A program made the position numbers and the translations under genes. 64,000 nucleotides of DNA, taken from Azolla caroliniana (taxonomy: Eukaryota > Plantae > Polypodiophyta). The notes under the pieces are model-generated. The model did not search any database and was not told the DNA's origin. It saw only the letters and a program-made list of their open reading frames with translations. Positions 12,688 through 23,403 of this stretch are shown here, one piece after another. The stretch is from assembly GCA_043228905.1 (NCBI GenBank), contig JBHGNT010000001.1, positions 9,176,001-9,240,000 of the forward strand. Reading direction: 5' to 3'. The first letter of the stretch is position 1. The number at the start of each line of letters is the position of its first letter.

Positions 12688-15600
12688 ATGGAAGGCGGCA
12701 GCAGCGGGCAGCCGGGGATGATGGTGCTGAATGCGCAGAACTACGCCGACTGGAAGATAAAGATGGAGGATCTGCTCATTGTTCGGGACCTGTATGAACC
12801 GATCGACAGGTCGGAAATACCCAAGGGGGTACTTGAGACGGAGTGGAGGCTTCTGAACCGGAAAGCCGTTGCAACCATTCGGCAATACGTCGACGTGAGC
12901 GTTCTACAACACGTGGCGAACGACACCAACGCATATGAGATGTGGCGGAAGCTGTCGGGCCTCTACGAGAGGAAGAATGCGTTGAACCGGACCTCCCTGA
13001 TGAGAAAGATAGTGAACCTCAAGTACCGGGACGGCGAGAGTATGGTGGAACACGTAAGCACGTTCATGGGATTCGTGAACCAGCTTGCGGCGATCAAGTT
13101 CCCGTTGGAGGATGCAATGCAAGCCATCATCCTGATGTGTACATTGCCGGACAGCTGGGAGAACTTGATGGTGACTCTCAGCACCTCCTGCACCGAAGAT
13201 AACTTGTCCCTACAAACGGTAAAGACAAGTATTTTGAACGAAGAAGCGCGTCGGAGAGATAAAGAACCGGCCCCCGACTCGAAGGCGCTGCTTACCGAAT
13301 CGGAACGGGGAAGACAATGGAACCGGAGTCCGCAAAGACGGGAGAAGTCGGGGACCCGGTCGCAGTCAAGAGGAAGACCCGCATGCTTCCACTGTGGGAA
13401 GCCGGGGCACTTCCGGAAGAATTGTCGGCATTACCGAAAAGACAACGGAGCCGACGACACCGATTCGAAGAAGTCACCGGAGAGAAACGGTGCATACCGG
13501 GGAGCCACGGACCGGAGAGGTCCGGATCGGCGAGGGCAGGACCGGAAAGGAACAACGGCACTCGCGGCAAGTGAGGAAGAAATCATGCTCATCACCGAAG
13601 AAGGTGAACTAAACATTGCCGGCGATGAGACTACCTGGGTGGTCGATTCCGGAGCGTCGTTCCACCTGACCCCGGAAAGTAGATACTTCTCATCCTACAC
13701 AGCCGGTGAACATGGCTGTGTTCGGATGGGAAATGAAGGTACGTGCCGGATTGCCGGCATAGGAGATGTATGGTTGACAACCCCGACCGGATGCAAAATG
13801 CTGCTGAAGGATGTCCGACACGTTCCGGAGGTTCGATTGAACCTGATTTCGGCCGGGAGGCTAGACGATGAAGGCTACACAGGTAGCATCCGGAATGGCG
13901 TAATGAAGTTCAGCAAGGGAAGCCTGATAGTGGCTCGGGCCCGGAAAGTCAACACACTGTACCTTATGAATGCCTGGTTGTGTCCGGAAGAGCTGAATGT
14001 GGCAGCCGACACTGCCGGAGAGCTGTGGCACAAAAGACTGTGCCACATGAGTGAGAAGGGGATGAAGAGGCTTGCAGAAGACAACCTTATTCCAGTAAAG
14101 CATGTGCACCTGGAGAAGTGCACCGATTGCCTGGCCGGTAAGCAGAACCGAACCTCCTTCCACTCAAGGCCACCGACGAGACGTAGCGCACCATTGGAGT
14201 TGGTGCACACTGATGTGTGTCAGGTAGAAACGAAGTCACATGGCGGAGCCCAGTACTTCGTGACTTTCATTGATGATCACAGCCGGAAGCTGTGGACGGC
14301 GCCGTTGAAGACAAAGGACCAAGTGTTGTCCGTCTTCAAAGAACTCCACGCGAGAGTGGAAAGAGAATCCGGCAAGAAGCTGAAAGCGATACGAGCGGAT
14401 AACAGAGGGGAATACCGGGGGCAGTTCCAGGAGTACTGTCGCTCGAAGGGAATCCGGCTCGAGTTTACTGTGCCGAAGACGCCGGAACTAAACGGGCTGG
14501 CCGAGAGGATGAACCGGACCATAATGGAGAGGGTCCGGAGTATGCTGGCGCATGCGAAATTACCCAAGGGGTTTTGGGCTGAGGCAATGTCGACGGCGAC
14601 ATATGTGATAAACAGATCACCCTCAGTACCTTTGGACGGAGACACGCCGCAGAAAGTGTGGACCGGTAAGGAAGTGTCCTACCGGCATCTGAAGGTGTTC
14701 GGGTGTCTCGCATACGTGCATGTGGCAAAGGACCGGAGAGGAAAGCTAGATCCAAAGACCCGGCCATGCATATTCCTCGGTTACGGCGACGACGAGTTCG
14801 GCTACCGAGTATGGGACCCGGTCGACAAGAAGATATTCAGGAGTCGAGACATCATCTTCATGGAGGACAAGACACTCGCCGACTGGGAGTCGAAGAAGAA
14901 GATGAAGAGCTCCAAGTCGACCGGTGAGGATCAACTCTACGAGGAGCAGTCCCGACCGGCAAGGGACCGGTTAGCACTCGAGGATCCGGCCGAAGACGGT
15001 GAAGAAACAGAACCGGCCGAAGAAGATGAAAATGATACCGGAACCGGCCCCGATCCCGAAATGGATTCGGATGAAGAAGAATCGGAAGAACCGGTTACCG
15101 AAGCTCCGGAACGGAGATATCCTCTAAGAGAGAGAAGGGCCCCCCGGAGATTTCCGGAACCAGAGCACGTGCTGCTAACCGACGAAGGGGAGCCGGAGAG
15201 CTTTGAAGAAGCAAAGCATGACACCCAGAGCCGCAGGTGGTTGAGTGCCATGCAGGACGAGATGGATTCCCTGCATGAGAACCACACATATGAACTTGTG
15301 GAGTTGCCGAAAGGAAAGCGGGCACTTCGAAACAAGTGGGTGTTCAAGCTGAAACCGGGAGATGCCGGAAACCCCCCGAGATACAAAGCCAGGATCGTGG
15401 TGAAGGGGTTTCAGCAGAAGAAGGGCATCGACTTCGACGAGATATTCGCCCCGGTAGTGAAGATGACCTCCATCCGGACGGTGCTGAGCATAGCGGCAAG
15501 CATGGACCTCGAGGTAGAACAGATGGACGTGAAGACGGCATTCCTTCACGGTGACCTCGAAGAAGAGATCTACATGCAGCAACCGGAAGGATTCGAGAAG

Positions 15601-16761
15601 AAAGGGAAGGAGCACCTGGTATGCCGGTTGAAGAAGAGCCTTTACGGACTGAAGCAGGCTCCCCGGCAATGGTACCGGCAGTTCGACTCCTTCATGACCG
15701 ACGAAGGGTACCACAAAACGCAGTCTGATCACTGCGTGTTTGTGAAGAAGTTCGAAGGAGGAGACTCTCTAATACTCCTCCTGTACGTGGACGACATGTT
15801 GATCGTCGGACGGGACCAGGTCAAGATACGGGCGCTGAAGAAAGCGCTTCACCGAACCTTCTCAATGAAGGACCTGGGTCCGGCGAGGCAAATACTAGGG
15901 ATGCACATCATCCGGGACCGGAAGAAGAAGCAGTTGTGGCTGTCACAGGAGAAGTGCGTGACAAAGGTGCTTCACCGGTTCAACATGTCGGAAGCAAGAC
16001 CGGTCGGATCAACCCTCCCGGCAAACTGCAAGTTGTCCAGCAAGCAAAGCCCCAAGACAAAGGCTGAGAAGGAGGACATGATGAAAGTACCATATGCCTC
16101 TGCCGTCGGAAGCTTGATGTACGCAATGGTGTGTACAAGACCGGACATAGGATATGCAGTTGGAGTGGTGAGCCGGTACATGAGCAATCCCGGCAAAGAG
16201 CACTGGAACGCGGTCAAGTGGATACTCCGATACCTGAAGGGCACGGCAAACGTGTGCCTCCGATTCGGCTCCGGTAAGCCCGAATTCGACGGCTTTACCG
16301 ATTCGGATATGTCGGCTGATGCAGATACCAGCCGGTCCACATCAGGGTATGTGATGACGTATGCAGGTGGAGCTGTTTCGTGGCAGTCGAGGCTGCAGAA
16401 GACGGTTGCGCTGTCAACCACGGAGGCGGAGTACATGGCGGCTGTTGAAGCCGGCAAGGAAATAATATGGATGAAGGACTTCATTAGAGAGCTCGGTATC
16501 CGGCAGGAGGAGTGCCGACTCTACTGCGATAGTCTGAGTGCCATCCACCTTGCGAAGAACGCGGCCTACCATTCCCGGACGAAACACATCCAGCGTAGAT
16601 ACCACTGGATCCGGGAAAGGATAGAAGACAAGGAGTTCGTGCTGACGAAGATCCACACGGACGAGAACGGGTCGGATATGCTGACCAAGGTGCTCACACC
16701 CGACAAGCTGGAAGCATGCCGGAAGAGGATCGGGTTGGAGAGACATCCCATGCCGAAGTGA
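12688..16761 (+). CDS. Copia gag-pol polyprotein (1357 aa from ATG 12688)
   Basis: CFHCGKPGHFRKNC, VVDSGASFH, LWHKRLCH...CTDC, HTDVC/ADNRGEY/NGLAERMNR, QMDVKTAFLHG, YVDDML and RNase H motifs DSD/EAEY/DS/DMLTK. Closely resembles Tnt1 pol. Confidence 0.97.
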   Translation: MEGGSSGQPGMMVLNAQNYADWKIKMEDLLIVRDLYEPIDRSEIPKGVLETEWRLLNRKAVATIRQYVDVSVLQHVANDTNAYEMWRKLSGLYERKNALNRTSLMRKIVNLKYRDGESMVEHVSTFMGFVNQLAAIKFPLEDAMQAIILMCTLPDSWENLMVTLSTSCTEDNLSLQTVKTSILNEEARRRDKEPAPDSKALLTESERGRQWNRSPQRREKSGTRSQSRGRPACFHCGKPGHFRKNCRHYRKDNGADDTDSKKSPERNGAYRGATDRRGPDRRGQDRKGTTALAASEEEIMLITEEGELNIAGDETTWVVDSGASFHLTPESRYFSSYTAGEHGCVRMGNEGTCRIAGIGDVWLTTPTGCKMLLKDVRHVPEVRLNLISAGRLDDEGYTGSIRNGVMKFSKGSLIVARARKVNTLYLMNAWLCPEELNVAADTAGELWHKRLCHMSEKGMKRLAEDNLIPVKHVHLEKCTDCLAGKQNRTSFHSRPPTRRSAPLELVHTDVCQVETKSHGGAQYFVTFIDDHSRKLWTAPLKTKDQVLSVFKELHARVERESGKKLKAIRADNRGEYRGQFQEYCRSKGIRLEFTVPKTPELNGLAERMNRTIMERVRSMLAHAKLPKGFWAEAMSTATYVINRSPSVPLDGDTPQKVWTGKEVSYRHLKVFGCLAYVHVAKDRRGKLDPKTRPCIFLGYGDDEFGYRVWDPVDKKIFRSRDIIFMEDKTLADWESKKKMKSSKSTGEDQLYEEQSRPARDRLALEDPAEDGEETEPAEEDENDTGTGPDPEMDSDEEESEEPVTEAPERRYPLRERRAPRRFPEPEHVLLTDEGEPESFEEAKHDTQSRRWLSAMQDEMDSLHENHTYELVELPKGKRALRNKWVFKLKPGDAGNPPRYKARIVVKGFQQKKGIDFDEIFAPVVKMTSIRTVLSIAASMDLEVEQMDVKTAFLHGDLEEEIYMQQPEGFEKKGKEHLVCRLKKSLYGLKQAPRQWYRQFDSFMTDEGYHKTQSDHCVFVKKFEGGDSLILLLYVDDMLIVGRDQVKIRALKKALHRTFSMKDLGPARQILGMHIIRDRKKKQLWLSQEKCVTKVLHRFNMSEARPVGSTLPANCKLSSKQSPKTKAEKEDMMKVPYASAVGSLMYAMVCTRPDIGYAVGVVSRYMSNPGKEHWNAVKWILRYLKGTANVCLRFGSGKPEFDGFTDSDMSADADTSRSTSGYVMTYAGGAVSWQSRLQKTVALSTTEAEYMAAVEAGKEIIWMKDFIRELGIRQEECRLYCDSLSAIHLAKNAAYHSRTKHIQRRYHWIRERIEDKEFVLTKIHTDENGSDMLTKVLTPDKLEACRKRIGLERHPMPK

Positions 16762-16771
16762 AGGGGGAGTT

Positions 16772-17387
16772 TGTTGGGATTTCGGTCCCTCCGGATGGGA
16801 TGTCCGGAGATGAATGACGGCAAGCCCGGAGGCTGTTACGGAGCCGGATGCTGAAGACCCCGGTTACGGAGCCGGATGCTGAAGACCCCGGTTACGGAGC
16901 CGGATGACGTATGTACCCGGAGAGAGATCCGGATGCGGGGACATATCTGTGAATATGTTTGCCAAGGGCCCTTGAGGCTATATTTGTAAATAGCCCGAAA
17001 GTCATATGTGTATAAATATGACTTAGGGCAAACAGTTTTGTTAGTTGTTGCTCATTTTTCTGTTTTCCACTAAGAGGGAGCGAAGTGAGAGCAGCCGAGA
17101 GAGAGCGAGAGAGAAAGAGGAAGGAAGAGGTCGACGCCTCTGTGTAATACCGCCGCCTGTGGCGAGGACAACGAGCTCAAGGTCGTCGCCTTGCAGCTCG
17201 CCATTGTACATTCCCGCGCATAGTGATAGTTGGAGTCTTGCACTCCCGTGGTTTTTCCCATTTAGGGTTTTCCACGTAAAACATCCAGTGTACCCTTCTC
17301 TCTATTGTTTTTCGTGCATTCTTGTACTTCCCGTTTTCTGTGAATCGATCCTGTTCCTCGGTGGTGGCCGAGCACGGAATTGCGACA
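16772..17387 (+). repeat. 3' LTR of copia C
   Basis: Direct repeat of 12041-12656, following the PPT. Confidence 0.97.
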
Positions 17388-17392
17388 GAGGT

Positions 17393-20083
17393 AGGGTAAA
17401 CATTCGAAGTAATCCAATAGGAGTCCTAATGGAGGTGATATCCCGACTATCGACCGCAAGCTGGAACTGGTCATAGCCAGAGTAGAGATCACCCATAGAG
17501 TAGATCGTCCTTCCAGCAAACATCTCTGCAAACTCATTTACTATCGGCCCTACTCCTGAATTCTGGATAGTAACTTGATTCATAGGTTACATGTCTTGAA
17601 TGAATCGAAGCTGCCCATCCTTCTTTTGCACCATAAACCATCTACTCGAGTATGGAGCGTTCGATGGTTCCAAGATGCCCATGTTCATTTTCTCTTTTAG
17701 AAGCTCGATTAATTGAGGTATCCTTGCTCTTGGCACTGGGATTGGCTTCAGATTCCATGGAATGTGTGGGATCGTGAAGATGACCATTGGTTCAACTACT
17801 TTCGGATTCACACATCCAATTTCTTCAGGGTTGAAGGAGAATGCTTTCCCATGCCGCCCTAGCATTTTTCTGAATTCTGCTTCTTCTATAGGTGTTAGGA
17901 AGTCCTCCCCTCCAATTCTTAGTTCTTTAATTGTTTCTTCCATGAACTTGTGCCCAATTCTCTTTCGATCCCGAAGAATTGGCTCGGTCGACACCTCCTT
18001 CATTATCTTTTCACTGTCTTCTGGAAGTGGTGTTGTTGCTGGCCGGACCTTCTTCTCCACCATTTTGTACTTGGTGTTTATTCGAGCTTCTTCATTTTGA
18101 ACATACTCCTTGATGGTTTTGAATAGCTCGATGGAATTTACCACAACTTCAACTTCGTCATCTCCCGTCATTAGAGACTCTAACTCTCCTACTGTATCTT
18201 TAAAACATTATTCTTCGAATATATTCACTAATTTTTCTTTTGAATCTATCATACCTCCACCTTGTAATTCTTTTTCTAATTTTCGGAATTTCTTTCCTTT
18301 CAAATCTTCTATTATAGTTGCGCCATCTACCGACGCAACATATAATTTACCTTTATCTTCAATGCTATGAATGGGGCTTCTTACCTCCCTTGGGCCATCA
18401 CAACCCCTTTTTGTAAGGGCCCCCTCTAGAAATCCTATATGAAATCCCCCACATCTCATAGTGGATGATCTCGTAGATTCTCCTTATTCCTCTCATGATT
18501 TGGTCGAACAGTAAGGAATTGTACCGACCTCTTCCCATCCTAACTTTGAATCCTAGCAAACGCCGCTCCATTATCAATCACTTTAGTCTCCATCCGCATT
18601 GTTGTGATGTACAGTTGCCCTAGGATTACTGGATAAAATGACTTCTCTTGGACAAAGAAGTTTTGATCTACTGACACGTCCCCAATTGTAACTTTAATAT
18701 TTGGGCATGCGCCACATAAATCCTCCACGACCTCAGTCGCTGCTCTCACCTTGCAACCATGGCTCCTTTCTATTGGCCATCTCCCGCGATTGTAAAAATC
18801 AGACGATATGATATTTATCTCGGAGCCATGGTCGATGAGTGCCACACATGGTTCCATCTGATCTCCAAATCTGATTGGAGCCTCGGTTGTCGCCCGAGCC
18901 CAGTGTGTGCGGGTGTAATGGCTTCGTTCCTCTTCATGACTACATTGTGTGTCAGCACTCCGTACCCCGGCTAACAATGTAGTCTCCATATCTTCATCTC
19001 CTCCCGTATCATGACGGTATTTACTCCACCCGTTTCTTCAACCACTTGTCTTTTCCTCCGAATCACATCAATCATCACTTCATGAAATTCCTTCTTCGCG
19101 ATCCCTAGTACTTCTCGAAGTGTTAACTCAACTTTACTATCAAGAATCCTTGATTCTAGCACATGCTTTAGGTCGGTGGATGTTTCGATGTCGGAGGCGA
19201 GTTTGAATGACGGGGCTATCTTTTGCTTACCTTTGTCTTCTTTCATTGCCTCCACAACAACTCGTTCAATTTCTCGTCTCTTTTGTTCTCGGGTTTTCTA
19301 GAAGGTCCCACTTCTTCAGTTCTCCTTCGTTTTGCTTCGACTGTCACCTCGTGGGCATTCACCCCTGCTATCTTGGCGATCGCAGTGAGTGAATCTACTA
19401 GGTCATTCCACCCAGTACTACTCCTTATCTCGTCACCAACCTTTCGTAAGTCATGTGGCTGGACTCTTTTGTCAGTAACGGACTTTATCACTTTCCCCCA
19501 AAATCCTGATCCAATCTGGGTATCATCGACCTTCAATTCGGAAGTATTCGAAAAGTACATTGCCTGAACATTCTTCGACTCTTCGTCATCCATCACTTTC
19601 TTCATCCCACCTTTGCCGAAGTTGGTTTTTAGGGGTTGTCGGGTCTCTCAAGAGTGAATTCTCCCATTTTGATAGAAGATAAGATTTCTTTCTAATGCTT
19701 TCCTTATGGCTCTGACAATCCCTTTTTTGGTGCTCCCCACTATCGCACCATATGCATCGGCAGATGAATTCACCCTTTTCTCCTTCATTGGGCTTTTGTC
19801 GAACACCCGAGCTTTCACCCTTCTCAAGCTTTGTGAACTTGAGTTGTAGATCCCACATTCCCTTTATCAGTTCATCAATCGTGGATTCTGCCTCCTTTCC
19901 ATTGCTATCATCCGTTCGAGTTCCTGATTCTTGTTTTGGATGTTCTCTGGTTGTTGTCTTTATTCTATTATCATAGTCATCCTCCATCCTTAGCGCCCTC
20001 CTTCTTAGTACTCGACAAGCCTCGAGTACTTCCGCCCAATCGGACACCAAACCAGTTGTGCTTGTCCGGTCTTCAAGAAGGAT
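17393..20083 (-). pseudogene. Gypsy A gag C-terminus, protease and RT N-half
   Basis: CIWCDSGEHQKRDC zinc knuckle, ALIDHGSEINII aspartic protease, PYSSRWFMVQKKDG...DLYSGYDQF...LRMFTLP (RT). The RT continues as QGATNS on the far side of copia C. Confidence 0.88.
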
Positions 20084-20088
20084 GGTGA

Positions 20089-20778
20089 TGTTGAGAGACA
20101 GGTCCCTCCGGATGGGAAGGAAGAAGATCAGTGACGATGAACAAACCTGGTGAAGACCGGATGAGGAGTACCCGGCTACGGAGAGCCGGATGGTGCAGGC
20201 CCGGTATGAACCGGATAAGGAGTACCCGGCTACGGAGAGCCGGATGGTGCAGGCCCGGTATGAACCGGATGAGGAGTACCCGGCTACGGAGAGCCGGATG
20301 GTGCAGACCCGGTATGAACCGGAGGAAGAGACATATTCGTAAATATGTTTCTGAGAGCCCATTGTGGCTATATTTGTAAATAGCCGAAAAGTTATATTAG
20401 TATAAATATGACTTAGGGCAAACTAATATTAGGTTGTTGTCAATTTTCTGTATTACATGAGATTAGTGTGCGTAACGTTGTACAGAGAGAGAGAGAAAGA
20501 AAGAGGTCGTTGCCTCTGTTGTAACCGCCGCCTGTGGCGAAGAGCGTGAGTCCGAGGTCGTTGCCTCCGTGAACTCACTGTCTTGTACATTCATACATAG
20601 TGACAGTTTGCAGCCTGTGGGCTGCCGTGGTTTTTCCCCTACTTTGGGGTTTTCCACGTAAACCTCCTGTGTACCATTTCTCTTCTTTGTGTCGCGTTTC
20701 ATTACCTGTTTTTCTGTGTATGAAAAGAATCTCGGTTGTGGCCGAGTCTTGCGCATAAGGAACGACAAGTTCCCGTCA
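20089..20778 (+). mobile_element. Copia solo LTR 'D' (690 bp), related to the C LTR family
   Basis: TG...CA with 5-bp TSD GGTGA (20084-20088 / 20779-20783). Shares GGTCCCTCCGGATGGGA and TATAAATATGACTTAGGGCAAAC with C. About 3 copies of a 54-bp unit at 20156-20323. Confidence 0.93.
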
Positions 20779-20783
20779 GGTGA

Positions 20784-21137
20784 TATCTTTTCTAAAAGAG
20801 TTATCTGTCGCTCAGACGAATAAATCCACCTTCTTTGATTGTAGTAGTTCTCGGTCTCTTACCAAGAGCTCATTATATCTTTTCTCAAACTCTCTCAACA
20901 ATTCTGAAACTAAGAGTCCTTTACCCACTTTCTCGGTCCATTCGAGAAAGCTTTTCTTTGACATTCGGGTTTGGTCGTCTAGCATGTATTCATCAAGCAA
21001 TGCTTGACGGAACCCGGCCATATCTTCACAGAATCTCTCTGATAATTCCGTTACCCTCACTCGGACATCAAGTGTGCAAACCCAGTTGATATGCGACACC
21101 ATTTGTACCCCGGTTGCCCCTCTACTGGCCATCTCGT
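20784..21137 (-). pseudogene. Gypsy A gag, middle fragment
   Basis: EMASRG...FRQALLDEY...LLREFEKRY continues in frame from FNGEDITWFLEVYKY at 31812-32029 once element B is removed. Confidence 0.8.
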
Positions 21138-21353
21138 TGTCGCGTTGCTACGCGCGTGCGTGTAGAAAGGGGCGGGACCACGGGGGTCTTGGACGAGGGA
21201 GCTCGAGAGACAAGAAAACCGACTCCGGACACGTCCCAGAGGCAACCGAACAAGAGAGAGAGAGCTTGAGCGCGCTACACCGACTCTTATGCACGAAAAA
21301 CAGAAAGGGGTGGAAACACCCGACACTACCAGAGACGCGGATGTGCACAACCA

Positions 21354-21384
<31 letters not shown>

Positions 21385-22129
21385 TACAATGGAAGAGATT
21401 CAACCCCGGCTTCGAGCCGAACCAAGGTAGGGTAGGTTGCAACGACAGTCTACTGCCAAGACGCCGATCGGGGAGCTCTTGGGCTCGTCGCGTTGAGCGA
21501 GGTCTTGCACAGGGGACCGAGCAAAAGCAAACCTTAAACAGACACGAACTCTCAACCCACACGATGACGAAGAAGATGAAGGAGAAGAAGAAAGAAACTA
21601 GGGTGAAAGCATGCGAATGGAAACACTATTATAGCTATTTAGTTGCTAAAATGACCACAGTTAAATAGATTTTTTTAAAGCTAATTTTTAGTAGGAAGAT
21701 CTTAAAGATACGTATCATTTATTATGGAGATAGAAATATTACCATTTATGGTCCACTGTTTAGCTAGTCTTTTTCTGAGATCAATTTCTAATCATCCCTA
21801 AATTTGCCAAAATATAAAGATTACATGTAGCTTTTTAGATAGCTAATTAGCTATGTCAAGGACATAGCTAATTGTTCCCATTCCCATGCTTTCACCCACT
21901 ACCTAACCCTAAATCTAACGGTATACCCTCCTAACTCAAAATGGGCAACCCCATACAAGAGACCCCTCCCTTCCTTTTATAGCCCAAGGAGGGAGAGACG
22001 TTACAATGTGGGATCAATACTCCCCCTTATTCTATACATCGTTTCCTACTTTACACGTGCACATGTTGCACACCACCGACTTGCATGTTCCACCCCAGTT
22101 TCACACTATAGCCGAAAATCTTCACGACA
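21138..22129 (-). repeat. 3' LTR of element B (with MITE insertion)
   Basis: Direct repeat of 31119-31811 apart from the 301-bp insertion and (TA)n length. Confidence 0.92.
21601..21897. mobile_element. MITE, 297 bp, 25-bp TIRs, apparent 4-bp TSD ACTA
   Basis: GGGTGAAAGCATGCGAATGGAAACA ... TGTTCCCATTCCCATGCTTTCACCC (2 mismatches). The empty site GAAACTACCTAACC is present in the other LTR near 31577. Confidence 0.92.
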
Positions 22130-23403
22130 TCCACCCCCACCAAACCGCACATCCACCAGTATGTGCCAAGAAAGGAAAAGGGTGAGAGATTTTGGCGACG
22201 GTGATCAACCGGATCCTCCGCCTTACCGGCACCCGATCCGTCTTGCTAGCTTCTCGCCGGCGTCGATCCATCGGCTCCATCCGATCCACCACTTCCGCCA
22301 CACGCGCCTTCTTCTTCAACCGTCCCTCTCGAACACCGTTGCCGACCCGGTCTCTCTTTCTTCGCTCGTCGTGCATGTCCTTCCGTTGGTTCTTCCGTTG
22401 GTTCTTCTTGTGTGCCATTATCGTTCCCCGAATGCACGTTCATTCTTCAGTCCTTAGATGACCCCTATACGCGCTCCCTGTTCCTTCTATGGTCGTTGCG
22501 ACGTCTTCCGCCTTCCTTGTTTGGCACCGCTTGTCTTGAACGCCGTCTTGTACTCATGCTTGCTTCGACCCTTGTTGGCCACTCGCACGTCTCTTGTTCC
22601 ACTCCATGCTTACCCCTCACGGACTTTCGTTCGAAACCGTAACCAACCGGTAAGGGTTCGACCCTCGTCAACTCCGGTCTTGCCGGCTCCCGGTCCGCTC
22701 TTCCTGCATCGTCGGTTCCCGTTTTCTTGCCGCCACCATCCTTCACACTCGGGCTCACGTTGCCATGTCGGCTCGAACTGTCGGTGTCTCATGATTGGTG
22801 TGAGGGTCCCATAGGACCGTCTTTCTTTCCTTCTTCTTTCGACCTTGCTGGAAGGTCCGGTTTTGGTTTGTGACCGCCTCGCCGGCCCGATACCTTCTTG
22901 CCACTGTGCCCCCGTCGTCCAATCACGTTCACCTGCTGCCACCGTCCTTTCCTATAGGACTCATGCCGGCAATCGGTCCGACCGCCGGATCAGTGTGAGG
23001 ATCTCTGTGGGACCTCCCCTTCTGCCGCCACCATTGTTCTTCCCTCTAGGTCTCACGCCGGCTCTCGGGCCGACCGCCGGAGTCTCTAGAACCAGTATCA
23101 CCGCTTGCCGTTTTCCTCTTGCCGTAGTTCCGACCTCCAAGTCGGCCTCTTCTGCTGGTCATGTTCACCTACCGCCACTGATCTCTCCTATAGGACTCAC
23201 GTCGGCACTCAGGCCGACCGCCGAATCGGTGTGAGGATCTCCGTAGACCGCCCATCCGCGGTTCCCACATCGTCGGTTCCCGTTTCCTGCCGCCACCATC
23301 CTTCTCACTCGATCTCATGTTGCCACGTCGGCTTGAACTGCCGGTGTCTCCGGGTTGGTGTGAGGATCCCATAGGAAATCTCTTTTGCTGCCTTTGCCCT
23401 CGT

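Larger units (their letters stand above)
12041..17387 (+). mobile_element. Intact Ty1/copia LTR retrotransposon 'C' (Tork/Tnt1-like), inserted in the RT of gypsy A
   Basis: 616-bp LTRs at 12041-12656 and 16772-17387. 5-bp TSD GAGGT (12036-12040 / 17388-17392). PBS TGGTATCAGAGC, PPT AAGGGGGAG and a single uninterrupted ORF. Confidence 0.98.
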
